Shown: positions 1 through 6,374 of the stretch, one piece after another
Position numbering within the stretch: the first letter of the stretch is position 1
How the letters are laid out: every line of letters starts with the position of its first letter
Virus record (IMG/VR): IMGVR_UViG_2645727810_000018
Length of the DNA stretch: 6,474 nt
Source of the DNA: a virus
Lineage: Duplodnaviria > Heunggongvirae > Uroviricota > Caudoviricetes
Direction: 5' to 3' (one strand)
Made by a program: the position numbers and the translations under genes
Notes under the pieces: generated by a model
Databases searched by the model: none
What the model was told of the DNA's origin: nothing
Seen by the model: only the letters and a program-made list of their open reading frames with translations

Positions 1-173
1 TTACCGTCCGTGTCCGTCAGCGGGGTTTTGTTCACCAGAATACTCTGCAGGCCTTTCACCGGGCCTTCTATCGGTCCCTCACCAATCGCATCAATCACAC
101 TCATCATCTGCGTGGATTTGAGATTGTCCTTCGCCTCGCGCGGTGTGTGCGCCTTGCCGCCACCTTTGCCCAT
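1..173 (-). CDS. J: Host specificity protein J (central tail fibre), N-terminal fragment; gene continues past the left edge
   Basis: Minus-strand ATG at 173-171 preceded by an SD-like AAGGGTGAG. My translation is MGKGGGKAHTPREAKDNLKSTQMMSVIDAIGEGPIEGPVKGLQSILVNKTPLTDTDG, which closely matches the N-terminus of lambda J as I recall it (MGKGSSKGHTPREAKDNLKSTQLLSVIDAISEGPIEGPVDGL...). Partial ORF, not in the supplied track. Confidence 0.8.
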   Translation of the reverse strand, partial: MGKGGGKAHTPREAKDNLKSTQMMSVIDAIGEGPIEGPVKGLQSILVNKTPLTDTDG

Positions 174-204
174 TGTCTCACCCTTTACTGTGATAACTGT
201 TACG

Positions 205-238
205 CACAAAAACAACAGGCATCCCTGAGGATGCCTGT
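205..238 (-). terminator. Intrinsic (rho-independent) terminator-like hairpin between I and J
   Basis: Read on the minus strand: perfect 9-10 bp stem CAGGCATCC / GGATGCCTG (plus 216-237) with 4-nt loop, followed directly by TTGTTTTTGTG. On the plus strand the same hairpin is preceded by an A-run and followed by no T-run, so it is orientation-specific. Confidence 0.45.
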
Positions 239-275
239 ATCATCACTGAATAAAACTTCTGAATATCTTCACATT

Positions 276-303
276 TTTACAAACTGACTGTGGTGCTAAT
301 AAT
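276..303 (+). promoter_or_regulatory. Candidate sigma70 promoter on the plus strand, antisense to the tail operon
   Basis: TTTACA (276-281, 5/6 to TTGACA), 16-bp spacer, AATAAT (298-303, 5/6 to TATAAT), inside the AT-rich I-J spacer. Predicted start near 310, about 90 nt upstream of the plus-strand terminator hairpin at 376-401. Motif match only; AT-rich DNA gives such matches by chance. Confidence 0.2.
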
Positions 304-375
304 TTCTCTGCGTTAATGTTTTTTGTCGTGACATAAGAATAATTCCTTACACTTAATCTTCGTAACGCTCCCTCA

Positions 376-401
376 GTTCCGCAACTCTGCGGGATTTTTT
401 T
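376..401 (+). terminator. Intrinsic terminator-like hairpin on the plus strand
   Basis: Stem CCGCA / TGCGG (379-383 with 388-392), extendable with G-U and U-A pairs to 376-395, 4-nt loop ACTC, followed by TTTTTTT (395-401) then ATTCTTTTT. On the minus strand it is not followed by a U-run, so it would terminate plus-strand transcription only. Confidence 0.35.
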
Positions 402-408
402 ATTCTTT

Positions 409-1089
409 TTACCCCTGCCGCCCGATAACCACGACCTTTCCGCCCCCGCCTTCATCACGGGTGCTGATGTCCTGGGATATCCGTCGTGAACCAACCAGCA
501 TTTCCCCGTAAGGCACCGGCATCGGGTTACCCTGGGCAATCATATTGTCCAGTGACGAAAAATACGTGTTCTGTTTACCGTTATCCGTTGCGCGGTAATC
601 CGGTGTTTTTGCCTTCGGTGCCAGCATCTGGGCCACACCACCCAGAATCATGCTGGCACCCAGTGAAAACAGCATCGTGGTGGCAGAAAAACCACCGGCA
701 CTCAGGGCTGTACCCCATAACGCCATCGAGCCTCCGGCAGTGAAGAAAGAGCCCACGATGGCTGCCGCCCCCAGCACAATCCGCAGTCCGCCCTTTCCGG
801 CTCCGGCCAGTCGCGGCACAATATGGATGACCGCCCCCTCACCCAGAGGTTCGTGAAGACGGGCGTACACCGCCTCCGGTGCCGTGTCCTCACCGCGAAT
901 ACGTATCTGGTACCAGCCTTCGTTCATCTGACGGCGGAATCCCGGCACCTGTAACGACAGCGCCCGGATGGCTTCCGCTGCCGTGTTCACGTACAGGCTG
1001 AGGCGGCGGCCAAATCGTTGTAAATCCCCGTGAAGGCAGATGCGTGCCAGTGGCGGTGACGCCAGACAGAATGCGTTCGTCGTTGCCAT
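409..1089 (-). CDS. I: Tail tip assembly protein I
   Basis: 226-aa ORF. C-terminal half (hydrophobic/Gly-rich segment, then ...SQDISTRDEGGGGKVVVIGRQG) resembles lambda I as I recall it; sits between K and J as in lambda. A 103-bp out-of-frame overlap with the K 3' end agrees with the lambda map coordinates as I recall them (K/I overlap also ~103 bp). SD-like GGGAGAGG upstream of ATG 1089. A GTG at 990-988 overlapping the K stop (GTGA) is a possible alternative start. Confidence 0.85.
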   Translation of the reverse strand: MATTNAFCLASPPLARICLHGDLQRFGRRLSLYVNTAAEAIRALSLQVPGFRRQMNEGWYQIRIRGEDTAPEAVYARLHEPLGEGAVIHIVPRLAGAGKGGLRIVLGAAAIVGSFFTAGGSMALWGTALSAGGFSATTMLFSLGASMILGGVAQMLAPKAKTPDYRATDNGKQNTYFSSLDNMIAQGNPMPVPYGEMLVGSRRISQDISTRDEGGGGKVVVIGRQG

Positions 1090-1730
1090 TTTTCGGAATA
1101 CCTCTCCCGTTTACTCAGTTGTTCAGGCAGATGGTGAAGCAGTTCACCGTTGCCGCAGTAAATGGCGGCATGATTGGCCACCGATGCGCCAAAGCAGCAC
1201 AGCAGGATATCGCCCGCCTGTGCAGAGGACAGGGGCACCCGGTAAAAGCCGGTGACCGCCATATTGTCCAGGTAAAGGTTCTGACCGTTGCGCCACCAGT
1301 CATCCTCACGCTCAAAATCCGGCATATCAATTCCCGCCAGATGGTAGGCATCCCGGAACAGCGTGTAACAGTCCGTCACCCCGTGCTCAAAGCGCCGTCC
1401 TGTCAGATGTGGCACACAGCGGAATTTATGAATGTCCCCCCGGCAGACCAGCCACCAGGACAGTGCACTTTTTATCTGCAGCCGCCGGTCGGCCTCGCTC
1501 AGCCAGGGCAGACCACCGGGATGACTGTGGACCAGTGCCACAATCTCCCCCTGCATCTCTGCCCGCAGCCAGTCTTCCGGTGCAATACGAAAATACGCCT
1601 CCGGCTCTGCAGAGATATTCACACAAGGGATATACCGCTCCCCCTCCGGCGTTCTCACCACGAAGCCGCACGACTCCGCAGGCACACACCGCCAGGCATG
1701 CGCCAGAATCGCTGATTCTGTCTGTGTCAT
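987..1730 (-). CDS. K: Tail tip assembly protein K (JAMM/MPN+ and NlpC/P60 peptidase domains)
   Basis: 247-aa ORF. Contains a JAMM-type motif (EIVALVHSHPGG...SEAD) and NlpC/P60-like Cys/His residues (DCYTLF...NHAAIYCGNGELLHH). Start is 5 nt after the ancestral L stop. The 247-aa length fits the full lambda K reading frame. Confidence 0.85.
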   Translation of the reverse strand: MTQTESAILAHAWRCVPAESCGFVVRTPEGERYIPCVNISAEPEAYFRIAPEDWLRAEMQGEIVALVHSHPGGLPWLSEADRRLQIKSALSWWLVCRGDIHKFRCVPHLTGRRFEHGVTDCYTLFRDAYHLAGIDMPDFEREDDWWRNGQNLYLDNMAVTGFYRVPLSSAQAGDILLCCFGASVANHAAIYCGNGELLHHLPEQLSKRERYSEKWQRRTHSVWRHRHWHASAFTGIYNDLAAASACT

Positions 1731-1775
1731 TGGATTTACTGCGAAAGTTTGTTAATGGAAAGGAAACCGCCAAAA

Positions 1776-2435
1776 TTAGCCAACATGCCTGCGCAGCTCA
1801 CACCCGCGCATGCACTTGCTGCATCTGTCCTTACGGATATCCGTGGTGGGGTTATCGAACTCATCCGCCACCGCAGGACCGTTATACCCGCATTCATCTC
1901 CCCGGTAATCCCACATACAGGTGTTCGCCAGCATGATGCGACCGGGAAACAGCGCCCCGTCCGTCTCCGTCGGTGTGGCCAGCACAAACGAGGCCGTCAT
2001 GGCCGTCAGCTCCGACATCTGCTCCACCACCCAGCGGTCACTCAGCTCCTGCTCCGGGTCCGCCTCCGGATTGCCCGCAACAAAATTCACCGCATCCAGA
2101 AAACGGGCATACACCCGGCGGCGGACCACCGTGGCCCCCACCAGACTCTGCAGGTCCTCCGCCATCCCGGTGACAAGACCAAACAGATTCGACACCGTCA
2201 GCGACGGGCGGGCACTGCTGCCCCGCCCGTTCATCTCAAAGCCACTGCCGTCAATCGGGTATGCCTCATACTGACGCCCCTGCCAGGTAACCGCCTCCCC
2301 TTTTTCATTCAGCTCATTACAGAAAAAATACCGCTCACCACCCTGCACCATCAGGTCAATTTCCCAGAGCACCACCCGCGGTGACTGCTCTGACTTAACC
2401 GACTCGTTCAGACTTTCTTCGTGAATATCCTGCAT
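1776..2435 (-). CDS. L: Tail tip protein L, apparently frameshifted near the 3' end (ancestral frame would end at 1736)
   Basis: 219-aa ORF, MQDIHEESLNE...CSKCMRGCELRRHVG, very close to lambda L including the C-terminal Cys cluster. The last 13 residues expected from lambda L (NFGGFLSINKLSQ) are encoded in the adjacent frame (end of track ORF 1736..1987), which stops 5 nt before the K start. 219 + 13 = 232 aa, the lambda L length. ATG overlaps the M stop (TGATG). Confidence 0.8.
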   Translation of the reverse strand: MQDIHEESLNESVKSEQSPRVVLWEIDLMVQGGERYFFCNELNEKGEAVTWQGRQYEAYPIDGSGFEMNGRGSSARPSLTVSNLFGLVTGMAEDLQSLVGATVVRRRVYARFLDAVNFVAGNPEADPEQELSDRWVVEQMSELTAMTASFVLATPTETDGALFPGRIMLANTCMWDYRGDECGYNGPAVADEFDNPTTDIRKDRCSKCMRGCELRRHVG

Positions 2436-2776
2436 CAGTTCACCACCTGCTCAATCGTACAACTGAAATCACTGTACCGGGCATTATCCGTGACACTCCA
2501 CTCACGGCACACAACCCTCACCGTCCGGTTATGTTTCGGCGGTCGCCACAAAAAGGCACGGTAACCACCATGCCACGATAAAAACTCTTCCAGCCAGCGC
2601 CGGGTCGACTCATCCGTCACCCGGAACACCGCCTGAAACGTCTTCAGTCGAGCATTAAGCCCCGTCGGGCGGCGCTGTTCATAACCGTCACCAAACCGCA
2701 CCCTCACCACCGACGGCTTCTCACTCACCTGCATCCCTTCACGCGGGACCAGATGCAGCGTTTTTATCTCAGCCAC
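2435..2776 (-). CDS. M: Tail tip protein M
   Basis: 113-aa ORF with ...VRVRFGDGYEQRRPTGLNARLKTF...FLWRPP...EQVVN, matching lambda M (...VRKVRFGDGYSQRAPAGLNANLKTY...EFEQVVN). GTG start overlaps the tape-measure stop by 8 nt; its stop overlaps the L start. Confidence 0.85.
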   Translation of the reverse strand: MAEIKTLHLVPREGMQVSEKPSVVRVRFGDGYEQRRPTGLNARLKTFQAVFRVTDESTRRWLEEFLSWHGGYRAFLWRPPKHNRTVRVVCREWSVTDNARYSDFSCTIEQVVN

Positions 2777-5153
2777 TCAGCATTCCTCCGTCACGTCGCA
2801 TGGACAGCATCACCGCCTGCACCCGCTGGTCAATCAGTTGCACAAGGCTGCCCGCAGCTTCCGGCCCTATCTGGCCATTAGTCCCGTCATTCTGAATGGC
2901 GATATGGTAGACCGGGGAATACACCAGACCCGCACTGCCGTACATACTGCCCACCGCTCGCACACCCAGCGAGCCATCCGCCGCCCGCGTCAGAGGCATA
3001 ATGGCTTCAGGACCGGCCTCCCCCATCAGTCCCGCCCCTTTTGCAAAGGCAAAGTACGTGGGCGTATCCACAATACTGTTGCTGTACGCACTCAGGTTTG
3101 CCGAGGTATACACCCCGCCTTTTGCATTGGCCACCGCACCGCCCAGCCAGCCACCAATACTGCCGAGAAATCCTCCCGCACCGGACATACCGTTTGCCGC
3201 CGTCTTAATCCCGTTGACAATCGCGGCATTCATAAGAACTTTTGATATTTCCTGCAGCACTGATGAGGCCCAGCTGCGCCATTCCACTTTATTTCCGTTC
3301 AGCATCTCCGTGATGTTATTCACCATCCCTGAGATACCCTCCGTCGCAAGCTGTGCTGCCTGTGAGGCGTAATCGGACGCATTATCCACCCAGTTACTGA
3401 ATCCCTCCTGCAGCCCTTTCTGCCAGTCCGCACGCTGCACATCCGATTCGGCATAAAAGGCTTCCTGCTCTTTCAGACGTTCACTCAGATACTGCGCGTT
3501 CTGTGCCAGCGCCTGTCTGTAAAAATCCTCACTGATATCCCCGGTCTGATACTGAGACTGAAGGTCCGCATCCTTCTGGCGGAAACTGTCGCGGATCTGC
3601 TGCAACTCCCGCATGCGTTCACGGAGCCGCTCTCCCTGCCCGTACCCCAGCAGTTCCGCTTCATTTGATGCACGCGCAGCCACATTATCATTCTTCAGGG
3701 TCTCTTCCCGGGACCGCAACTGCTCCCGGATTTTTTGCTGGTCAATCAGGGCCGCATTGCGCAGCAGTTCCTGCTTCTGCATCTCCGTCAGGGTTTTCAG
3801 TTCGCCCTGCGCAGTCTGGTATTTCAGCTTCGCCAGCTCTGTATTCTGCCCCGCAAGTGCCAATTGCTCTTTCTGCTGCTTCAGCAGCCGGGAAAAACTG
3901 TCTTCCGCTTTTTCCGTCTCTGATTTTCCACCCCGGGATTTGGGTTTATTCGCCTCGTTATTGCGCCAGGCTTCCAGGGCATTACTGATATAACGTTGTC
4001 TCGCCTCCTGATACGGTTCACCCACAAAACCGAGGTCATCCGCCGCATACCCCAGCCGGACGCGCTCTTTTTCTTCCCCTTTCAGTCTGGACAGGGCCAG
4101 CTCACGCTCTGTTTTTGTCAGGGCACTCTGCTGTTTATCATCCAGAGTGGCCTGTGGCAGCCGTAACGGCACATTCACCAGTCCCTGCCGCTGCTGAAGC
4201 AGTTCATTACCCAGCCCCAGCAGACGGTTGAATTCCGTATGCTGACCGTTCATAACCAGCATGGACTGGTACACCTTATTCTGCTCTGCCGCCTGCTGAC
4301 GAATTAACGCCACACGACGGTCTTCCAGCCCGGCAAGCACATCCTGAATGGACTGCGCTTTTTCCTGCATCTGTGCCAGACGGGACTGCTCAACGGCAAG
4401 CTGCTCTGTTGCCTGAGAAAGCCCTTCCGTCACGGTCTTCACCGAGGTCAGATGGTTTATCATGAATCCGTCACCGGTCGTCCAGCCAGGGTTAGCCAGA
4501 ACATACTGATATCCAGCGATTTTTTCCTGCAGGGATTTCACCCGACTGGCCTGTTCATCAATCAGCCGGTTCTGCTCTGCCAGCGCCGCCCGTGTTCGTC
4601 CTTCATTATCTGAGGCTTCAGGCAAAGACATTGACAGCGTTTTATGCGCGATTTCATCTATCGTCAGTGCATACTGGCGCGCAGACTCCCTGGCCTGCTC
4701 CTGATTCTGGTACAGCGTATACCATGCTGCAGCCCCCAGCATCACCAGTCCGGGTACGCCACCAACCAGCCCCAACGCACCACTCATCAGACGTGAGCCC
4801 ACCGCCGTTGTACTGTTCAGCGCATTCTGGGCGGCGCTTCTGGCAGCAATATTTCTGTTCAGGCGTTCCTGTGTGGCCGCCAGACGGGCCTCTGCAGCAA
4901 TCTGCATCTCCGTCCCGCGGGCTGCCGCCACAGCCTGCTGAGCACAGTACACGGCTGCCCTTGCCCGCGCCGTGGCAATCTGCGTCCCCCTGAACTGTGC
5001 TTCCGCCAGTGCAACTTCATTACGTGCAGCCGTCACAAGTCCTGCCGTGGCAGACACCGCTCCGGAGGCCATATTGCCAAAGTACCGGGCAACCCCGACG
5101 GCAACCAGCGCGCCCAGCGGCTGTTGCCACATTATCAATATGACCGGCAACAC
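2769..5153 (-). CDS. H: Tail tape measure protein, C-terminal ~790-codon segment (frame B)
   Basis: 794-aa ORF. Long Q/E/R/K/L-rich predicted coiled-coil middle, Gly-rich hydrophobic segment (GAGGFLGSIGGWLGGAVANAKGG), and C-terminus ...IAIQNDGTNGQIGPEAAGSL...RRDGGMLSG matching lambda H (...NNDGTNGQIGPAA...DGGLFSGGGR). The annotated GTG start at 5153 is probably not a real initiation site; it looks like the downstream half of a frame-disrupted gene. Confidence 0.8.
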   Translation of the reverse strand: MLPVILIMWQQPLGALVAVGVARYFGNMASGAVSATAGLVTAARNEVALAEAQFRGTQIATARARAAVYCAQQAVAAARGTEMQIAAEARLAATQERLNRNIAARSAAQNALNSTTAVGSRLMSGALGLVGGVPGLVMLGAAAWYTLYQNQEQARESARQYALTIDEIAHKTLSMSLPEASDNEGRTRAALAEQNRLIDEQASRVKSLQEKIAGYQYVLANPGWTTGDGFMINHLTSVKTVTEGLSQATEQLAVEQSRLAQMQEKAQSIQDVLAGLEDRRVALIRQQAAEQNKVYQSMLVMNGQHTEFNRLLGLGNELLQQRQGLVNVPLRLPQATLDDKQQSALTKTERELALSRLKGEEKERVRLGYAADDLGFVGEPYQEARQRYISNALEAWRNNEANKPKSRGGKSETEKAEDSFSRLLKQQKEQLALAGQNTELAKLKYQTAQGELKTLTEMQKQELLRNAALIDQQKIREQLRSREETLKNDNVAARASNEAELLGYGQGERLRERMRELQQIRDSFRQKDADLQSQYQTGDISEDFYRQALAQNAQYLSERLKEQEAFYAESDVQRADWQKGLQEGFSNWVDNASDYASQAAQLATEGISGMVNNITEMLNGNKVEWRSWASSVLQEISKVLMNAAIVNGIKTAANGMSGAGGFLGSIGGWLGGAVANAKGGVYTSANLSAYSNSIVDTPTYFAFAKGAGLMGEAGPEAIMPLTRAADGSLGVRAVGSMYGSAGLVYSPVYHIAIQNDGTNGQIGPEAAGSLVQLIDQRVQAVMLSMRRDGGMLSG

Positions 5154-6012
5154 CGTTCAGCACGCCGGAGAGCGTTTTCGTCACCCCGCTGGCCTCATTC
5201 GCACCACCCACCCAGGCCATAAAGGCGTTTTCCACCTTTGTGATCCCGTCAGAGACCGTTTCCGGCATGGCGGCATATTCATCACGCAATACCCCCAGCT
5301 GGCTGATTAACGCAGGAACGACTTTATCCGCCGTCAGTTGACCATCGTCCGCCATCGCCTTAAGATCTTTACGGGCCACGCCCATACCCGCAGCCAGTGC
5401 ACGAACGATCCGGTCACCACTTTCATTGACCGAATTAAATTCCTCACCGCGCAACACACCCTGTGCCAGCGCCTGGCTGAACTGGGTGATCACCGAACCC
5501 GCCTCAGCCGTACTGGCACCGGAGATTTTCAGCCCCGTGGAAATGGCCTCCGTCACCTTCAGCACATCACCAGCACTGTAACCATATTCACGCATCGAGG
5601 CAGCCGAACGGGCAAACAGGGCCGCATTATCCGAAAAAGCCGTACCCGTCCGCTGACTGATATCCATCAGCACTTTCTGTGATGACGAAAATTCATCGGA
5701 TGACTGCGACGCCTGTTTCAGACGGGCATTCACGGAACTCCACTCATCAGCCAGAGAAATCAGGTGTCCGGTGGCAAAGGCACCGGCAAATGCCCCAGCC
5801 ATTCCGACAGCCGAAGCGCGGATTTCCGTCAACTGGCTGTTCAGCTCAGCCAGGGCACGTCGCTGCTCCCGGGCGACCGCAGCAGCCTGACGCCCGCCAT
5901 TCTGCAGGGTCCGGTAATATTCACTGCCCATACGGGAAGCCCGCTGGATCTCCGACTGGAATGACTGCGAATTTGCCGAAATTTTGATAATCAGTTCACG
6001 TAACGTCACCAT
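5020..6012 (-). CDS. H: Tail tape measure protein, N-terminal ~330-codon segment (frame A)
   Basis: 330-aa ORF starting ATG 6012 with SD-like GGAGAAAGG upstream. Contains a segment (GYSAGDVLKVTEAISTGLKISGASTAEAGSVITQFSQALAQGVLRGEEFNSVNESGDRIVRALAAGMGV) that looks like the conserved core of TP901-type tape measure proteins. Its last ~30 residues (CRRGCPVLWQYGLRSGVCHGRTCDGCT) look out of frame; overlaps the frame-B ORF by 134 nt. Confidence 0.8.
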   Translation of the reverse strand: MVTLRELIIKISANSQSFQSEIQRASRMGSEYYRTLQNGGRQAAAVAREQRRALAELNSQLTEIRASAVGMAGAFAGAFATGHLISLADEWSSVNARLKQASQSSDEFSSSQKVLMDISQRTGTAFSDNAALFARSAASMREYGYSAGDVLKVTEAISTGLKISGASTAEAGSVITQFSQALAQGVLRGEEFNSVNESGDRIVRALAAGMGVARKDLKAMADDGQLTADKVVPALISQLGVLRDEYAAMPETVSDGITKVENAFMAWVGGANEASGVTKTLSGVLNGVAGHIDNVATAAGRAGCRRGCPVLWQYGLRSGVCHGRTCDGCT

Positions 6013-6028
6013 TCACCTTTCTCCGGGC

Positions 6029-6051
6029 GTAAAAAAACCGCCTCAGCGGTT
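6029..6051 (-). terminator. Terminator-like hairpin (possible attenuator) between T stop and tape-measure start
   Basis: Minus strand: AACCGC-TGAG-GCGGTT (plus 6036-6051) followed by a U-run (plus A-run 6031-6035), in the 47-nt spacer between the T stop (6060) and the TMP ATG (6012). Confidence 0.3.
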
Positions 6052-6059
6052 CTCATCAT

Positions 6060-6374
6060 TCATGACTGTGCTGCAAAGCTCAGCGCGTCTTCCAGCGCCG
6101 CAAACGGATCCACCTCCGGCTTATCCTCATCCTCGCCCCAGCAGAGCATGGCGTCCTTCAGTGCAACATTCATCCCCTGTGCCCCGAAAACCGCTTTCAC
6201 GATCTGTGCATTACGGATATCCCCGCGCTCATCACCCAGCGGGGATACCCTGTCGAACTCCATCCACATCATCGCCTCGCTCGCACTCAGGCTGTGCCGC
6301 AGTTCGGATAAGGTGCGCCCCAGACGGAGCGCAAGTCGCATCAGAAAGCGAATTTCCGGGCGGGCTACTTTTTT
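6060..6374 (-). CDS. T: T segment of tail assembly chaperone GT, reached by −1 ribosomal frameshift from G
   Basis: Frame open from 6389 to stop at 6060 (track ORF 6060..6341 is its ATG-started part). No SD before the internal ATG. Overlaps the G 3' end in the −1 frame, with a slippery heptamer at the overlap. Position immediately upstream of the TMP gene is the conserved G/GT arrangement. Product continues ...KKVARPEIRFLMRLALRLGRTLSELRHSLSASEAMMWMEFDRVSPLGDERGD... Confidence 0.65.
   Translation of the reverse strand, partial: KKVARPEIRFLMRLALRLGRTLSELRHSLSASEAMMWMEFDRVSPLGDERGDIRNAQIVKAVFGAQGMNVALKDAMLCWGEDEDKPEVDPFAALEDALSFAAQS

Noticed and set aside
231-287. 18-codon plus-strand ORF (MPVSSLNKTSEYLHIFTN) inside the I-J spacer
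   Set aside because: The ATG is buried in the 3' arm of the 216-237 hairpin, with no Shine-Dalgarno sequence. Too short and unsupported to call as a peptide gene.
240-410. Possible ERIC/REP-type repeat or MITE in the AT-rich spacer
   Set aside because: I found no terminal inverted repeats flanking the segment and no match to the ERIC consensus as I recall it. The two hairpins are separate local structures, not arms of one long palindrome. A repeat-family search would still be needed to exclude this.
243-539. 98-aa minus-strand ORF overlapping the I 3' end and running through the I-J spacer
   Set aside because: Its only ATG lies inside I in another frame. The part within the spacer has no internal start codon or ribosome-binding site, and its translation is low-complexity. 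Treated as an overlap artefact.
987-1089. Unusually long 103-bp out-of-frame overlap between K and I, and K being 247 aa
   Set aside because: First looked like another frameshift. The lambda map coordinates as I recall them give the same ~103-bp K/I overlap, and the full lambda K reading frame starting right after L is also ~247 codons, so this looks ancestral.
702-1987. Other minus-strand track ORFs (702..893, 1115..1351, 1426..1773, 1736..1987)
   Set aside because: These are alternative frames of I, K and L. Only the last 13 codons of 1736..1987 are meaningful, as the displaced ancestral L C-terminus; the rest is out-of-frame read-through.
3485-3691. 68-aa minus-strand ORF inside the tape measure gene in another frame
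   Set aside because: Nested out-of-frame ORF with no independent signals; the tape measure frame is strongly supported across this region.
10-5987. Plus-strand ORFs in the track (10..228, 486..743, 650..856, 1040..1255, 1044..1715, 1409..1936, 1749..2384, 1921..2274, 1973..2173, 2838..3245, 3001..3372, 3613..3993, 3665..3988, 3735..3923, 4592..4993, 4972..5310, 5338..5682, 5679..5987)
   Set aside because: All lie antisense to well-supported minus-strand tail genes. Their translations are low-complexity (Pro/Ser/Arg/Cys-rich), typical of reading GC-rich coding DNA off-frame or in reverse. They have no convincing start context and nothing in their translations that I recognise as a real protein.
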